From NCBI RefSeq assembly GCF_009914755.1, contig NC_060940.1: DNA of 64,000 nt. One strand, given 5' to 3'. A model generated the notes under the pieces. It had not been told where the DNA came from. It saw only the letters and a program-made list of their open reading frames with translations, and did not search any database. Origin of the DNA: the human T2T-CHM13v2.0 reference genome, Homo sapiens. The position numbers were made by a program, and so were the translations under genes. This document shows positions 15,811 through 30,666 of the stretch, piece after piece (position 1 is the first letter of the stretch; every line of letters begins with the position of its first letter).

Positions 15811-16238
15811 TCACTGCAGCTTTAACCTCCTGGGTTCAGGTGATCCTCCCACCTCAGCCTCCTGAGTAGCTGGGACTACAGGTGCACATCACCAAGCCAC
15901 CTGGCTCATTTTTGTATTTTTCTGTAGAGATGGAGTTTTGCCATGTTGCCCAGGCTGGTCTCGAACTCCTGGGATCATGATCTACCCATCTCTGCCTCCC
16001 AAAGTGTTGGCATTACAGGGGTGAGCCACTACGCCTAGCTTCCACATCTTTTCATGTTTAATACAAGAAAAATTTCTCCTGATTAGAAAAACAGGTAAGC
16101 AGGAATACGTACTACATACAGGAAAATAACAAAATAAAAGATAATACTGATCAATTCATTTACCTAAAAAACTAGCTAGAGTTCACAAAGACATTCCAGA
16201 TTTGCTACCTGAAATGTTACATATTTCTTAATTTAGAG

Positions 16239-16500
16239 CAGGGGTCAACAAACTACAGCCCACCTGTAAAACCCAGCTCTCTGCTGTTTTCGTACATCAA
16301 AATATTTTTTTCATACTAGCTCCCAAGTTTCATGTAAATAAATCAATTTACTGAACACAGACACACTCATCATTTACATATTATCTATGGCTAATTTCAT
16401 GCTAAGGGGCAGAGGTGAGTAGTTACCAAAGACTCCATGGCCCACAAAGCCTAAAATATTTACCATCTGACCCTTTACAGAAAAATTTTGCTGACTCCTG
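16239..16500. mobile_element. MER58-like hAT-Charlie MITE
   Basis: TIRs CAGGGGTCAACAAA / TTTGCTGACTCCTG with a near-perfect 8-bp TSD, ATTTAGAG (16231-16238) / ATTTACAG (16501-16508). Confidence 0.85.
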
Positions 16501-16705
16501 ATTTACAGAACAAATAGGAATATATGCCATGAGATAAATCCTCAAGTTCTTCACAAAACAGTGTTTTAAGACCAGAAAAACATAAAAATTCTGAGCTAAA
16601 AGTTCTAAATATGTGACTTAATACATGTATGATCTTGAGCAGAATCGCTCTTAAAATACTGGGCTTATAATATCCAAGATAAAAGACATATTTCAGTTAA
16701 CTTAC

Positions 16706-16761
16706 CTAATATTCTTGTCATTGTTCAATAAGAAACGACCCAGGATATTTATGGCTAGGAC
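16706..16761 (-). CDS. AP1G1: AP1G1 exon 10 (56 nt; VLAINILGRFLLNNDKNI)
   Basis: tttag|GTCCTA ... TTAG|gtaagt. Confidence 0.96.
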
Positions 16762-17099
16762 CTAAAGAGAAACAGCATAGGTCGAAATTTAGGAAAATGG
16801 AAGTTTTATATTGTTTCCTGAGTTTAAAGGATCACTTCATGACCTCTGGTGCTTCACAGACTGCTAGCAAAAAAAAAAAGGAGCTGGGTGCGGTGGCTCA
16901 CGCCTGTAATCCCAGAACTTTGGGAGGCCAAGGCCGGTGGATCGCCAGGTCAGTGAGTCAAGATCATACCACTGTATTCCAGTCGGAGCAACAGAGCAAG
17001 ACTCCATCTCAAAAAAAAAAAAAAAAAAAAAAAGGAAAAAATCTAAAGGCAAACTCTTAAAATCATATTCTAAAGGTAAGTGCTGGAAGGTTGTTTTAA

Positions 17100-19320
17100 T
17101 GCTTTGACAGTGTTTTGTCAGTGGAAGAATAATATTAGTACAGCCTCTTTAGAGGGAAATCTGGCAATAACTATATTTAAAATGAATATATATTCCCTGT
17201 TTTATCAATTTCACTTTTAGGAATTGATCTGACAAACAACTGTACATATAGACAAAAGTCTACTGTGGCACTACTGATAACTGCAAATGATAGGAGATAC
17301 CCTAAAACTCCGTTAATAGCAAATTTGCTAATTATACTATGGCACACCCATGCAATATGGAATGTCACGCAGCCATTAAGACAGAATGCATTCTGACACA
17401 TGGTTCAACCTTGAAGACATTATGTTAAATGAAATAAGATAATCTGCTTTTCAAAAGGATAAAAACTGAACAATTCCACTTATATGAGGTACTGTGATAT
17501 GGTGAAATACATATGTGGTTTTTGTCCCTGTTTCCTGGCATACAACTCCTAAATCCCTTGGAATTTCCTGTGTGACAGCATCTTTAGTTCTAATGATATG
17601 ACTCTCAATGGGCTCCTAAGATAGCCTCAGAATGGAGACTGGTTTCCAGGGGAACAACCATGATATTAGACGATTGGAACTTTCAGTCTCATCCCCCAAC
17701 CTTGGGGAGGGGAGAGATGCTGAAGGTTAAGCTGATCACCGATGATTTAATCAATCATGTCTGTGTAATGAGGCCTCCAAAAATCCCAAATGGACAGGGT
17801 TCAGAGGAGCTTCCAGATAGCTGAACATGTGGAGCTTCCTGGAGGGCAGCACATCTGGAGAGGGTATGGAAGCTTCCAACTCCTTCCCACATGCCTTGCC
17901 CTATGCATCTCTTCCATCTGGCTGTTCATCTATATCCTTTATAACAAACCAGCAAGCATAAGTAAAGTGTTTTCCTGAGTTCTGTGAGCCACTCTAGCAA
18001 ACTAACCAAAACTGAGGAGGGGGTTGTGGGAACCCTGACTTACAACTGGTTAGTCAGAAGCACAGGTCACAATCTGAGCTTGGGAGTGGCATCTGAAGTT
18101 GGGGCGGCGGGGGGTCAGTCTTCTGGGACTGAGCCCTCAAACTGTGGGATGTGACACCTTATCTCCAGGGAGACAGTGTCAGAATTGAATTCAATTAGAA
18201 GATACCCAGCTGGTATTCACCAGAAAACTGCTTGATGTATAGGGAAATAGCCCCAACACATATGGCGTCAGAAGTGAAATGTTGGAGCTGGACATGATGG
18301 CTCACATTACTCGGGAGGCTGAGGTGGAAAGATTGCTTGAGGCCAGGAGTTCAAGATCAGCCTGAGCAACAGGGAGAGACCCTGTCACTAAAACAAAACA
18401 AAAAAGAAGTGAAGTGTTGAATGATTGTGTGAGAGTAGAGAGTAAAAAGTAGAAAAAACATTTTGGGTTTTTTTCTTGTATCTCTTCAGAGGCACCTGAG
18501 AGTAGTCAAATTCACAGACGGAAAGTAGAATGGTGGTTGCCAGGGACTACAGATAGTTACAGCATGGAGAGTTATTGTTTAATGGATACAGACTTTAAGA
18601 ACACAAAAAAGTTCTGGAGATAAACTATAGTACTGGTTACACAACAAGATGAGTGTACTAACTGAACTGTTCACTTAAAAATGCTTAAAATGGTTAATTT
18701 TATGTTATATATATTTTATCACAATTAAGAAAAAAAGAACATGACTTATCTCTATGCATGAATTTGGAAGTGGCTCCAAGATAATGTTAGGTGAACAAAG
18801 TATGGTGCGAACAATATATATGGTATGTTACCATTCTGTCTGAAAGGTGGGGAGAGGAAAAGAACTTAACCTAAGTTACTTTGGTTATCTAACTAGATAC
18901 TATAATGCTACCGACAAAAAGAACTGTACACAAATATTATACTCTAGTAAATTTGCTTTTTACAAGGCTATAGGCTAATAGTTCTAATATTAATAAATGA
19001 TAGAATGAACAAATTCATGAAGGAGAAGGGATAACTCCTCTTTATAGAAGAATTCCAATTAATGAGAAAAAAATGAGGGAAATGAAAAATTGTCATTAGA
19101 ATACATCTTAATAATTGTTGTGGGCCAGATCCTCTGGTGGATACTAAAACTGATAGGTAAAAGTCTGAGAATAGGATATTTACATAGTCTCAAAATATCT
19201 GCCAAAATATTTTTAATTACAAAAGAAAAAATAATGACTTTACAGTGGACAGACCCAGCAGACACCATCTCAACCAAATGATCAAGGTTAACGTCACCAA
19301 TGATAAGACAAATATATCTA
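17100..19320 (+). mobile_element. Old L1 3'-end fragments (L1MB/MC/ME-like) split by the LTR
   Basis: 'aaccttgaagacattatgttaaatgaaataag...attccacttatatgaggtac' resumes after the LTR as 'ctgagagtagtcaaattcacagacggaaagtagaatggtggttgccagg'. Confidence 0.7.
17493..18488 (+). mobile_element. Solo LTR (MER21-like, ERVL) with a short Alu fragment at ~18286-18405
   Basis: Starts TGTGA and ends CA, flanked by GAGGTAC/GAGGCAC. Internal text resembles MER21. The Alu piece is flanked by AGAAGTGAA(A/G)TGTTG. Confidence 0.75.
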
Positions 19321-19543
19321 CTATATTGCTACACCTGAGATCTCCCAAAGTTTATTATAATCAATGTTAAGCCTTCAGTGGGAAGGAATATTTCAGATAC
19401 CAAAAATCCAGCATTCCACATTTTGCATCATTCTTTCTTAAAGTCGAGTTCCAAATGGAATACAATTCTGAAGTACTGAAGTCCAAGTCAACCATTCTAA
19501 GTGAAACATTTAGGGGGGGAAGAAAAGATTCAAAAAGACTTAC

Positions 19544-19642
19544 TCGCAATCCACTCTCTGACTTAATATCCATGATAGTCAAAACCGTTTCATAAAGAAT
19601 AGCATTTCCTACATTTTTACTAGTCTCAGTATTAGTGGCAAC
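19544..19642 (-). CDS. AP1G1: AP1G1 exon 9 (99 nt; VATNTETSK...ESGLR)
   Basis: ttcag|GTTGCC ... CGA|gtaagt. Confidence 0.97.
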
Positions 19643-19803
19643 CTGAAAAGACATATCGAGGGCAGTACATAAGTGATAAAAACAATGCTCCCAAAACATA
19701 TTCACAGGTAACAAGAGGCATTTTGTGATTACAGCTATGAATGAGGAAACACAAATAAAAACTGCTCCATATAACCATAATCATTCTACTCCCAGCGAAA
19801 CTA

Positions 19804-19920
<117 letters not shown>

Positions 19921-20658
19921 CTAACGTGCAAAAGATGAGAGGTGTCAACAAATTATGTCTCACACAAAGAAATCTCACTTGGTATGAAATTCAAATAACT
20001 AAATGAAGTCTTAGAAATTCATTTGGAACCATTTATTCATATCAGAAATAGTCAAAAATCAAACAGAAGAATTGAAAACATTTTCTTTATTTAGAGAAGC
20101 TATATATGCTTCTACATCTAATAAAGTTATTATAAAACAACCCACACTTCAGTACTCCACAGCTAAAGGATACTACCAGATACTACCACCTGCAGAGCTA
20201 TATTAAATAATTCAAATAATAAATGATTTTGACTATTAAAACTGTAATTTGAAGTGGGGCACAGTGGCTCTTGCCTGTAATCCCAGTACTTTGAGAGGCT
20301 GAGGGGGGCGGGCTACTTGAGTCCAGGAGTTTGAGACCAGCCTAGGCAACATGGCAAAACCCTGTCTCTACAAAATATACAAAATGAGCCGGGCATGGTG
20401 GCATGCACCTGAAATCCCAGCTACTTGGGAAGATCACTTGACCCTGGGAGGTCGAGGCTGCAGTGAGGCAAGATTGTGCCACTGCACTCCAGCCTAAGTG
20501 ACAGAGCAAGACCTGTAATTGTATCCTCTTAATCTAATATAGAATTGTGTCACTATTCATTAATATAATTAATCAATTAACTACCAAATTTCTACTCAAC
20601 ACAAACTTAAGAGGAAGGAAATTGTCTACTTAAAGATGTTAAATTCATATAACATTTA

Positions 20659-20889
<231 letters not shown>

Positions 20890-23070
20890 CTACTGATTTA
20901 ATATACTAGTGTATTGTAGATGTTTGATAAACTTAGGAGTAACTTAGGGCAATATTCAAGAAGTAGTATGTATTTTATCTGGATAAAACCAAACCAGACT
21001 TTTTTATGCAAGAGTTATATGTAAAGATATTACAAATAATATTGGGTCAGAAAGCCTATGGGAACCAGGTAAAACAGATGCCTATGGGGCATACCGCATT
21101 TCTAGTTCTGTAGAACTTGAAAAGCCTAGGTGGCAAAAACATGTTCAGTTTTCACCCATTCAAACATTTGCATGTAACATGTCATCATGCCAAAATACAA
21201 CTAGTGATCTTATTAAAATTATAGCTTTAAAACATACAACCTCAAATAGAGAAAAAAATCTCTTCTCTTAAGATAGAAGAGTTATACCCTTTTCCAACAA
21301 ACAACAGGGAATACCAAAGCTGACAATAGTAATACGGTAATCAAATGGAAGACACATGAAAAAATTACATCTTTCATCTTAAGAGACATCAAGGCCATGA
21401 ATAATTTCCTCTTCCTATTCTTAACTCCTATGATACAATTTTTTTAAATTTCAGGACTTATTTATATATATGGCTTTATGGCCTGTTTTCTTGTCTTTTC
21501 AATGAGACTATACATTCCTTATAATCAGGAATTTCCTTCCTATCCTTCCTTTACTTTATCCATTAAGAGTCCTAACACATAGTAAAGGCAATTTTACTGC
21601 CAAGCCGAAGATGTTTTAAATATTGGCACTCATTTCATTTCTGTTGATCAATTACTTGATATTAAAACAAAAGGTTTGCCACAATAGGAACTTTTTATGT
21701 TTCCAACTAAAAACTCAATTTTTAGCTATATAAACAACTCTAATGACCAAAAATTAAGTTAAATAGTGTGCAAAGTGAATTGCATTCCATCTCTTTTGCA
21801 GGCAATTTTAGCTACAACTCTGCTGCAACTCAGTTATTTTTTCTCACTATATTTAGACTCTGTCCCTTCCCTACTCCCCAAGCCTAAAAGGGGATCAAGA
21901 TTGAAATGAAAAGCCAAGCTATATCCAAGGCATGCACTCAAAGCATTCAAAACATTAAGGCCACTTATAAACACAAGAAAACACAGTATGTAAGAATTTA
22001 AATAAGTTGAGCCATAACAGTTTGGAATTAAGTAACTTATAAGTCACCTAAACAAAAGTCTACTTTGGACAACTCCAAATAAGACAAATCTAAGCCATGG
22101 AGATCTGTAAATTCATTAAATCTGTCAACTATGGGCAAAGTTATATTAGAGATAATAATATACCTTTTAAAACCACTTTAAATCAATATTTTTGTAATAA
22201 AATGAAGACCAAGTAGTTACCAACCTTATCTTGCATACTTCCCAATGGTCTGGTTTTTTTGTACTAGATATAACCCTAGTTATTTTTTATCTGGTTTATT
22301 TCTTGGAAAAGTCATTTTTCCTTGGGCTACTAAATTCAGAAATTGTTTTATCCACTGCCAAAAAGGCCAGCACATCACATAAGATTACCCTGGGACACAG
22401 AGCACAAATGACTAAATGTTCAGCATACAATTCTTGGAACCCAGTTTCATTTTTCAGACAAAAATGCAAGTTATTAAAACTGATGACAAGACAAACAAAA
22501 TAAGATGACACAGGGAAAGGCTGCAGCCATGAAAATCAGTTGGTGCCCACTACTCTACCTCAAAATCCTTTTAATATTCCAAAACTTCTATGTAAGATTA
22601 AGTACAGGTAAGAGAGAAATAAAATCTCTAAGTGTGAACTGAAAGCTCAGCAGTACATACGGAGCTTTTTAAAGTATGAGGTTACCCACATGCGGTTCTA
22701 AAATATCTACTTCAAAAAGCAGCAGCATTTTGTGTCAAAGCTCCAGACTAATCTGGAATTGCCATCACCAAAGCCACTGGGAAACTGCTCAAAGTTTCTC
22801 AAGTAAAGATAAAGAAAAGGCAGAGAAGAAGGCTTACAACTCAGGAAAGGCTGCAACTGAAATCCAAGGCTGACTTTGGAGTCAGGAGTTTAAGTGACAA
22901 AACAAAAACTAGACTAGGAAGTTAGCCAAAGATGGTAGAACAATAACTCACAGTATTAAGCACAGCTTCAGCATTAGTATATTTTAAAAGCCACATTTGT
23001 GGATCGATACACAAAAGCTACTAAGGACCTAATGCCAGCATGCACCATCTAAAAGAGGGTTAATTCTTAC

Positions 23071-23079
23071 CTTTTCATT
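23071..23079 (-). CDS. AP1G1: AP1G1 9-nt alternative microexon (AAT GAA AAG = N-E-K; 825-aa isoform)
   Basis: tgctgtatgttag|AATGAAAAG|gtaaga, phase 0-0 between ...HFRK and LVPQ.... Matches the known 3-aa insertion isoform, a neural microexon. Confidence 0.93.
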
Positions 23080-23587
23080 CTAACATACAGCAGGATTCCA
23101 AACAGACAACAGGAACAAAACATACAAAGCAAGCATTAGGGACAGATACGGGTCTCATACTATATTACAATAATTTAATCAAGACATGAACATCTAAGGG
23201 AAAAAAAGCCAAAAAAGAACTCCTGTTAGAGCCTTATTAGATCTAAAGCACAAAGTGAGTTCTATTTATGGAATGACCAGCATCCTATAAAAGAAGTTCA
23301 ATGCATGTAACTACCCAAAGAACAGTCTTCTTCTGAGTCTAAAATTAAGTGGAGAAACAGAAATGTCCAGTTTAAAATACTAGTTTAAAAAAAAAAAAAA
23401 AAAAAAAAGGCCGGGCGCGGTAGCTCACGCCTGTAATCCCAGCACTTGAGGAGGCTGAGGCGGGTGGATCACCTGAGGTCAAGAGTTCGAACCAGCCTGG
23501 CTAACATGGTGAAACCCCATCTCTACTAAAAATACAAAACAAAATTAGCCGGGCATGGTGGCAGGCGCCTGTAGTCCCAGCTACTCA

Positions 23588-23731
<144 letters not shown>

Positions 23732-24121
23732 TTAAGAGAACTAAGACTTCCATCACAGGAGTCAATGTCCTAAAACGAACAGTAGAGTAAAAGTAATAAA
23801 AAAATTTTTAGTTTTAACCTTAAAAAAATAGAAAAGAGCTGGGCGCGGTGGCTCACGCCTGTAATCCCAGCACTTTGGGAGGCTGAGGCGGGTGGATCAC
23901 GAGGTCAGGAGATCAAGACCATCCTGGCTAACACAGTGAAACCCTGACTCTACTAAAAATACAAAAAATTAGCCAGGCGTGGTGCCAGGCACCTGCAGTC
24001 CCAGCTACTTGGGAGGCTGAGGCAGCAGGAGAATGGCATGAACCCGGGAGGCGGAACTTGCAGCGAGCCAAGATCGCGCCACTGCACTCCAGCATGGGCG
24101 ACAGAGCAAGACTCTGTCTCA

Positions 24122-24157
<36 letters not shown>

Positions 24158-24169
24158 TTCCTGCCTTTA

Positions 24170-24484
<315 letters not shown>

Positions 24485-24804
24485 TCAAAAAAAAAAACAA
24501 CACACACAAAACTCCTATTTCTAATTTGACCTCAGATCATGTTTCTTGACTCAAATGTGAAAACAGTAGATAAAACACATGAGATTGGTGTGTCTGCCAA
24601 CAATGAGAGAAGACTTCTATTATGAAAGGGAAAACACAATACTAGTGCCAGTTCTCACTTATATGCCTAAATCTGGCTTCCAGGCCAATTGCATAGCAGG
24701 GCTAGTTAAATCCCTTATTCAGATCCATAGCTTGCTTTCAAAAAAAAATAAGAAGAAAATCATGTACTTTTCAGGAAAATCATTTTTCAATCAAGAAAGG
24801 CTTA

Positions 24805-24915
<111 letters not shown>

Positions 24916-26335
24916 TCAAAGGAAAACTAAAAATGAGGCCTATTATTCAATTTTATAGAACAGGACTTTGAGTTCCTGAAGGTCAATTCCAAAAGGATAG
25001 TTGCTACTTTTGCTTTTTAATCCCCCAAAGCATCTAAGCATTGAAGTGAATACAAAGGAAGAACTTAATAGATGCCTGATTTAAAACTGGCCAAGTTGGT
25101 AAAATCGGAATGTTTTCAACAATTATGTGATCAAAATAATTATGAAAAAGTGACGACCAATACATATGTCTCTCCATCTGAGAATATCCATAAAAACACA
25201 CAATGCAAGCTAGGTATGATCTGTTCTATACTTAATCAGTAAGCTATTATCTGAGTACTAACAGATAATTCAAGAGGCAAAAATCTTAGTAAGATTTTAC
25301 ATTTCCAGATAAAACGCATCAAAACTCTGAGAAAACTTTGGATGACAAAGTAAATTTAACTGCTCCAGAGTCAGTAAAAACAATCTCACAATGCTTTTCA
25401 CTAAATAATAAATACGTGCTCCAAATAATTCAGTTGTTCAACAAGTATATTTTGAGCATTCTGGGCACAGCACTGAATTTGTCAAATTAAATATACCATA
25501 CAATTTTTCCTCTTAGCATTTAAGCCACATGAATTTTCTTTATTCAGAACTTATTTCACTGACTTCAAATAAAAATAAAATGTTTGGGAAAAGAACAGTC
25601 ACATTCCATTTAATTCCTCTGTTTTATACAAAGATTCTGAGTACCTAATACAAGCTTCTGTCAGAAATAACCCAAAAGAATTCTCACAATTTTTGAGTCT
25701 GGCAGGGTCTGGCTCTGTAGCCCAGGCTATAGTGCAGTGGTACAATCTTGGCTCATTGCAACTTCTGCCTCCCAGGTACAAGCCATCCTCCCACTTCAGC
25801 CTCCTGAGTGGCTGGGACCACAGGCATGTGCCATCACACCCAGCTAATTCTGGTATTTTTTACAGAGATGGGTTCTGACTTTGTTGCCCAGGCTGGTCCT
25901 GAGCTCAAATGATCTGCCCACCTTGGCCTCCCAAAGTGCTGGGATTACAGGCATGAGCTACCACGCCCAGCCGCACAAATCTTATACTCCTACCACATGA
26001 TAATGGAATTTTTTCTTTTATTGTAAAATAGGCAAGAAATCAAAGGATTTTACACATGAAAATTATGGGTAGGCTCATTTGTATATTACACTAAATATTA
26101 ATAACTTAATATTTTTAATAAAGTAAAAGAGGACCAGAGATGAAAGATAAGTTTACTATGAAGGAATCAATCTCTTAATATAAAACTAGGATATGTGAGT
26201 GGAAAGACTTGTCAGACCAGACCTTCCTGGAAAAGTGTCTAAGGCACAGCAGAAAGGCGACTCCACTGTTCTGAGAGACACAGGACTAACATAGCCTTAA
26301 GCCTTTTCTCTTTCCCTTTCTCCCTCAATACTTCA

Positions 26336-26455
<120 letters not shown>

Positions 26456-28424
26456 CTATAAAAAAAAAAATAAAAGAACAAAAGGTTTATTTCAATTATG
26501 CCAGGGCAACCAATCTTATTAAAAAACCACCAACACAAAAATCTCACCAACTAGTTCATCTACTAGAAAAATAAAGAAGGAAGAGGTTAGATATTAGATT
26601 TATGGCTCGACACAGTGATAGCCCACTCCTATAATCCAGCACTTTGGGAGCCCCAAGGCAGGAGAATCACTTGAGCCCAGGAGTTTGAGAACAGCCTGGG
26701 CAACACAGTAAGAACCTGCCTCTATTTAAAAAAAATTAAGAGGAGAGAAAATTATTTATTAACTGGTTGGGGAGTTCCAGTTTATACTATTATATTAAAG
26801 AGATCTTCTAGTTCACCTCTCCCTTTGTTCATATATTGCTAGACAAGTAGGCAAAAACTTTCTACATTAGACTATGTATGGTTAATATGAATTTATCAAA
26901 AAGTTAAACATAATTTATGTGGAGTTTTAAGGAAGTAAAAATAGATAACAATCTCAATCTGTGATAATCATACCTCTGAGTAAGATGACTAACAGCCTAT
27001 AAAAACATCACACAACTGAAAGATATATACTGTAAATGCTATAAATCTACTGTTATGTTTAATAGTATCTATGTGGCCCTCAAATGACTCTACTGACATC
27101 AAGAAAATCATTTGAAAAATACTTAGTCTCTACTAAAGAAAAGATGGTTTTACTAGCTTGTTCACTGGAAAATAAAAGTACATTTAAACACTGATTTTTG
27201 TATATCCCCCAAAGTAACTATAACTACTATATGTTTGAGTCAAATACCATAAAAGTTTAGATATATTAACAAAAAAAATTTCTGCTAATTCCATCCATGT
27301 TATATTTGGGAGGAAAAAATATCTTTTTTTCTTTTCTTTTCTTTTTTTTTTTGAGACGGAGTCTCTCTCAGTCGCCCAGGCTAGAGTACAATGGCGCAAT
27401 GTCGGCTCACTGCAAGCTCCGCCTCCTGGGTTCACATCATTCTCCTGCCTCAGCCTCCAGGTGAGGGACTACAGGCGCCCGCCACCACGCCCGGCTAATT
27501 TTTTTTGTATTTTTAGTAGAGACGGGGTTTCACCATGTTAGCCAGGATGGTCTTGATCTCCTGACCTTGTGATCCACCCATCTTGGCCTCCCAAAGTGCT
27601 GGGATTACAGGCATAAGCCACCATGCCCAGCCTATCTTTTTTTTCTAACCTGCAGGAATGTTTCATTTTAATATGACAATGAGCTTTCTGAACAAGAGTA
27701 GCTCACATATTCTTTAAGAAAAAGGACCAGCTTACAAATTAAGAAAATAATTTAACTTTGTTTGCAGCCATCATTAACTGCATATCATCCTGGGAAATGG
27801 CTTGGCCTTTTCAATGCCTCTTTCCCAAACCATTAATAGAGAGGCACAGTAAATGCCAAACAGATCACAGTTTATGTTCATTTCTTGGACTTCTAAATTC
27901 CATACACTTCATTTTCAAAGGTTGTAGGGTTCAAGCAATTTTTAAAAACTCAATAAAATGCTTATATCAACAAATAAAATCAGATAGAAGAATAATTCTC
28001 TTCTATTACTAATCCATTCAGAAAGTGGGTTCTACATCATTCCCTAATAATTATCTAGGTCCCAATAGAACTGCCCTTCCAGAGACACAAAGGCACTAAT
28101 ACAAAGATATGGGTATTAATTATTAGGACAAAAGTAAATTCATAAAAATCTGTTCATAATCACCTTGCTGTAATACTGTTTAGAATCAGATAACTTAGGA
28201 ATTTGGTATGCCACCTAGGATATATCCAGTAACATTTGTTTGTTTATAAATCATTTCCTTAAGAAAAGAGGAATTAAGGTTAATATATAATCATGTAAAA
28301 CAGATTTACTACACAGAAAAAATGACTTTACATTATCATCAGATCTTTCAAAAATGAGTAATCTGCCTTCTCATCTCCATAATACTCCCTAATCCAAACA
28401 GACATTTGGTTCATTAAAAGTTAC

Positions 28425-28566
28425 CTTTTTTCTTAAGTAAGAGTTGGAGGTTTTCAGGAGCTTCTCTACCTCTCCTGCAAGATCTCTGCACATCTCTGAG
28501 GAGCCCATGCAGCCGAGGGTACAAAGTGCTAACCCCTGTACGAATTGCGTGCTATGATTAAGATCA
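28425..28566 (-). CDS. AP1G1: AP1G1 exon 4 (142 nt; [10 protein letters not shown]...SYLRKK)
   Basis: tgcag|TGATC ... AAG|gtaact; visible within ORF 28389..28625. Confidence 0.97.
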
Positions 28567-29670
28567 CTGCAAAAGAAAAGAGGAAGGTAGGAACAAGCCT
28601 GGTGCTCCCCAAGAAGCAGCTTCACAATTTCAAACTAGTTCAGGATGACTCAAGATTTCTCCAATAACAAAAACAATAGGATTATTTGTTGCAGAAAATG
28701 TTTATCCCAACTTTATTACAAATTATCAATATAGTAAACAGACTGACAGTCCCTCCTATAGGCTTACAAGCCAATGTTTCCAGGTACCAAAGCAGTGGAA
28801 GTTGAAAAACATGTTATCTACTGGATGTCAGACACACACTTTAGAAAACTCAGCAAACTTGGCAGCAGGGTAGGGGTGGTTCACACCTGTAATCCTAGCA
28901 CTTTCAGAGGCCGAGGCAAGTGGATCACCTGAAGTCAAGAGTTCGAGACCAGCCTGGCCAACATGGTGAAACCTCATCTCCACTAAAACTGTAAAAATTG
29001 GCCGAGCGTGGTGGCGGGCGCCTATAATCCCAGCTACTTGGGAGGCTGAGTAGCTACCCAGGTTCAAGTGATTCTTCTGCCTCAGCCTCTCAAGTAGCTG
29101 GGACTACAGGTGCACGCCACCACGTCCCATTAATTTTTGTATTTTGTATTTTTAGTAGAAACGGGGTTTCACCACATTGGCCAGGCTGGTCTTGAACTCC
29201 TGACCTCGTGATCTGAGATCACGCCACTGCAGTCCAGCCTGGGCAACAGAGCGAGACTCCGTCTCAAAAAGAAAAAAAAAAAAAAACCAGAACAAAGTAG
29301 GCCAGGCACAGTGGCTCAAGCCTGTAACCCTAGTACTTTGGGAAGCCGAGGTGCATGGATAATCTGAGGTCAGGAGTTCGAGACCAGCCTGGCCAACATG
29401 GTGAAACCCCGTCTCTACTAAAAATACAAAAATTAGCCAGGCGTGGTGGCAGGTGCCTATAATCCCAGCTACGCAGGAGGCTGAGGCAGGAGAATCACTT
29501 CAACCAGACTGGCAGTTGGGGGAGGACGGTGGCAGTGGAGGAGGATGCAGTGAGTCAAGATCACGCCACTTCACTCCAGCCTGGGCAAAAGAGCAAGACT
29601 CCGTCTCAAAGAAAATACAAAAAAGAACAAAGTAGTTAACAGTTGTTAGAAGAAAGAAAAGTAAGACTTA

Positions 29671-30666
<996 letters not shown>

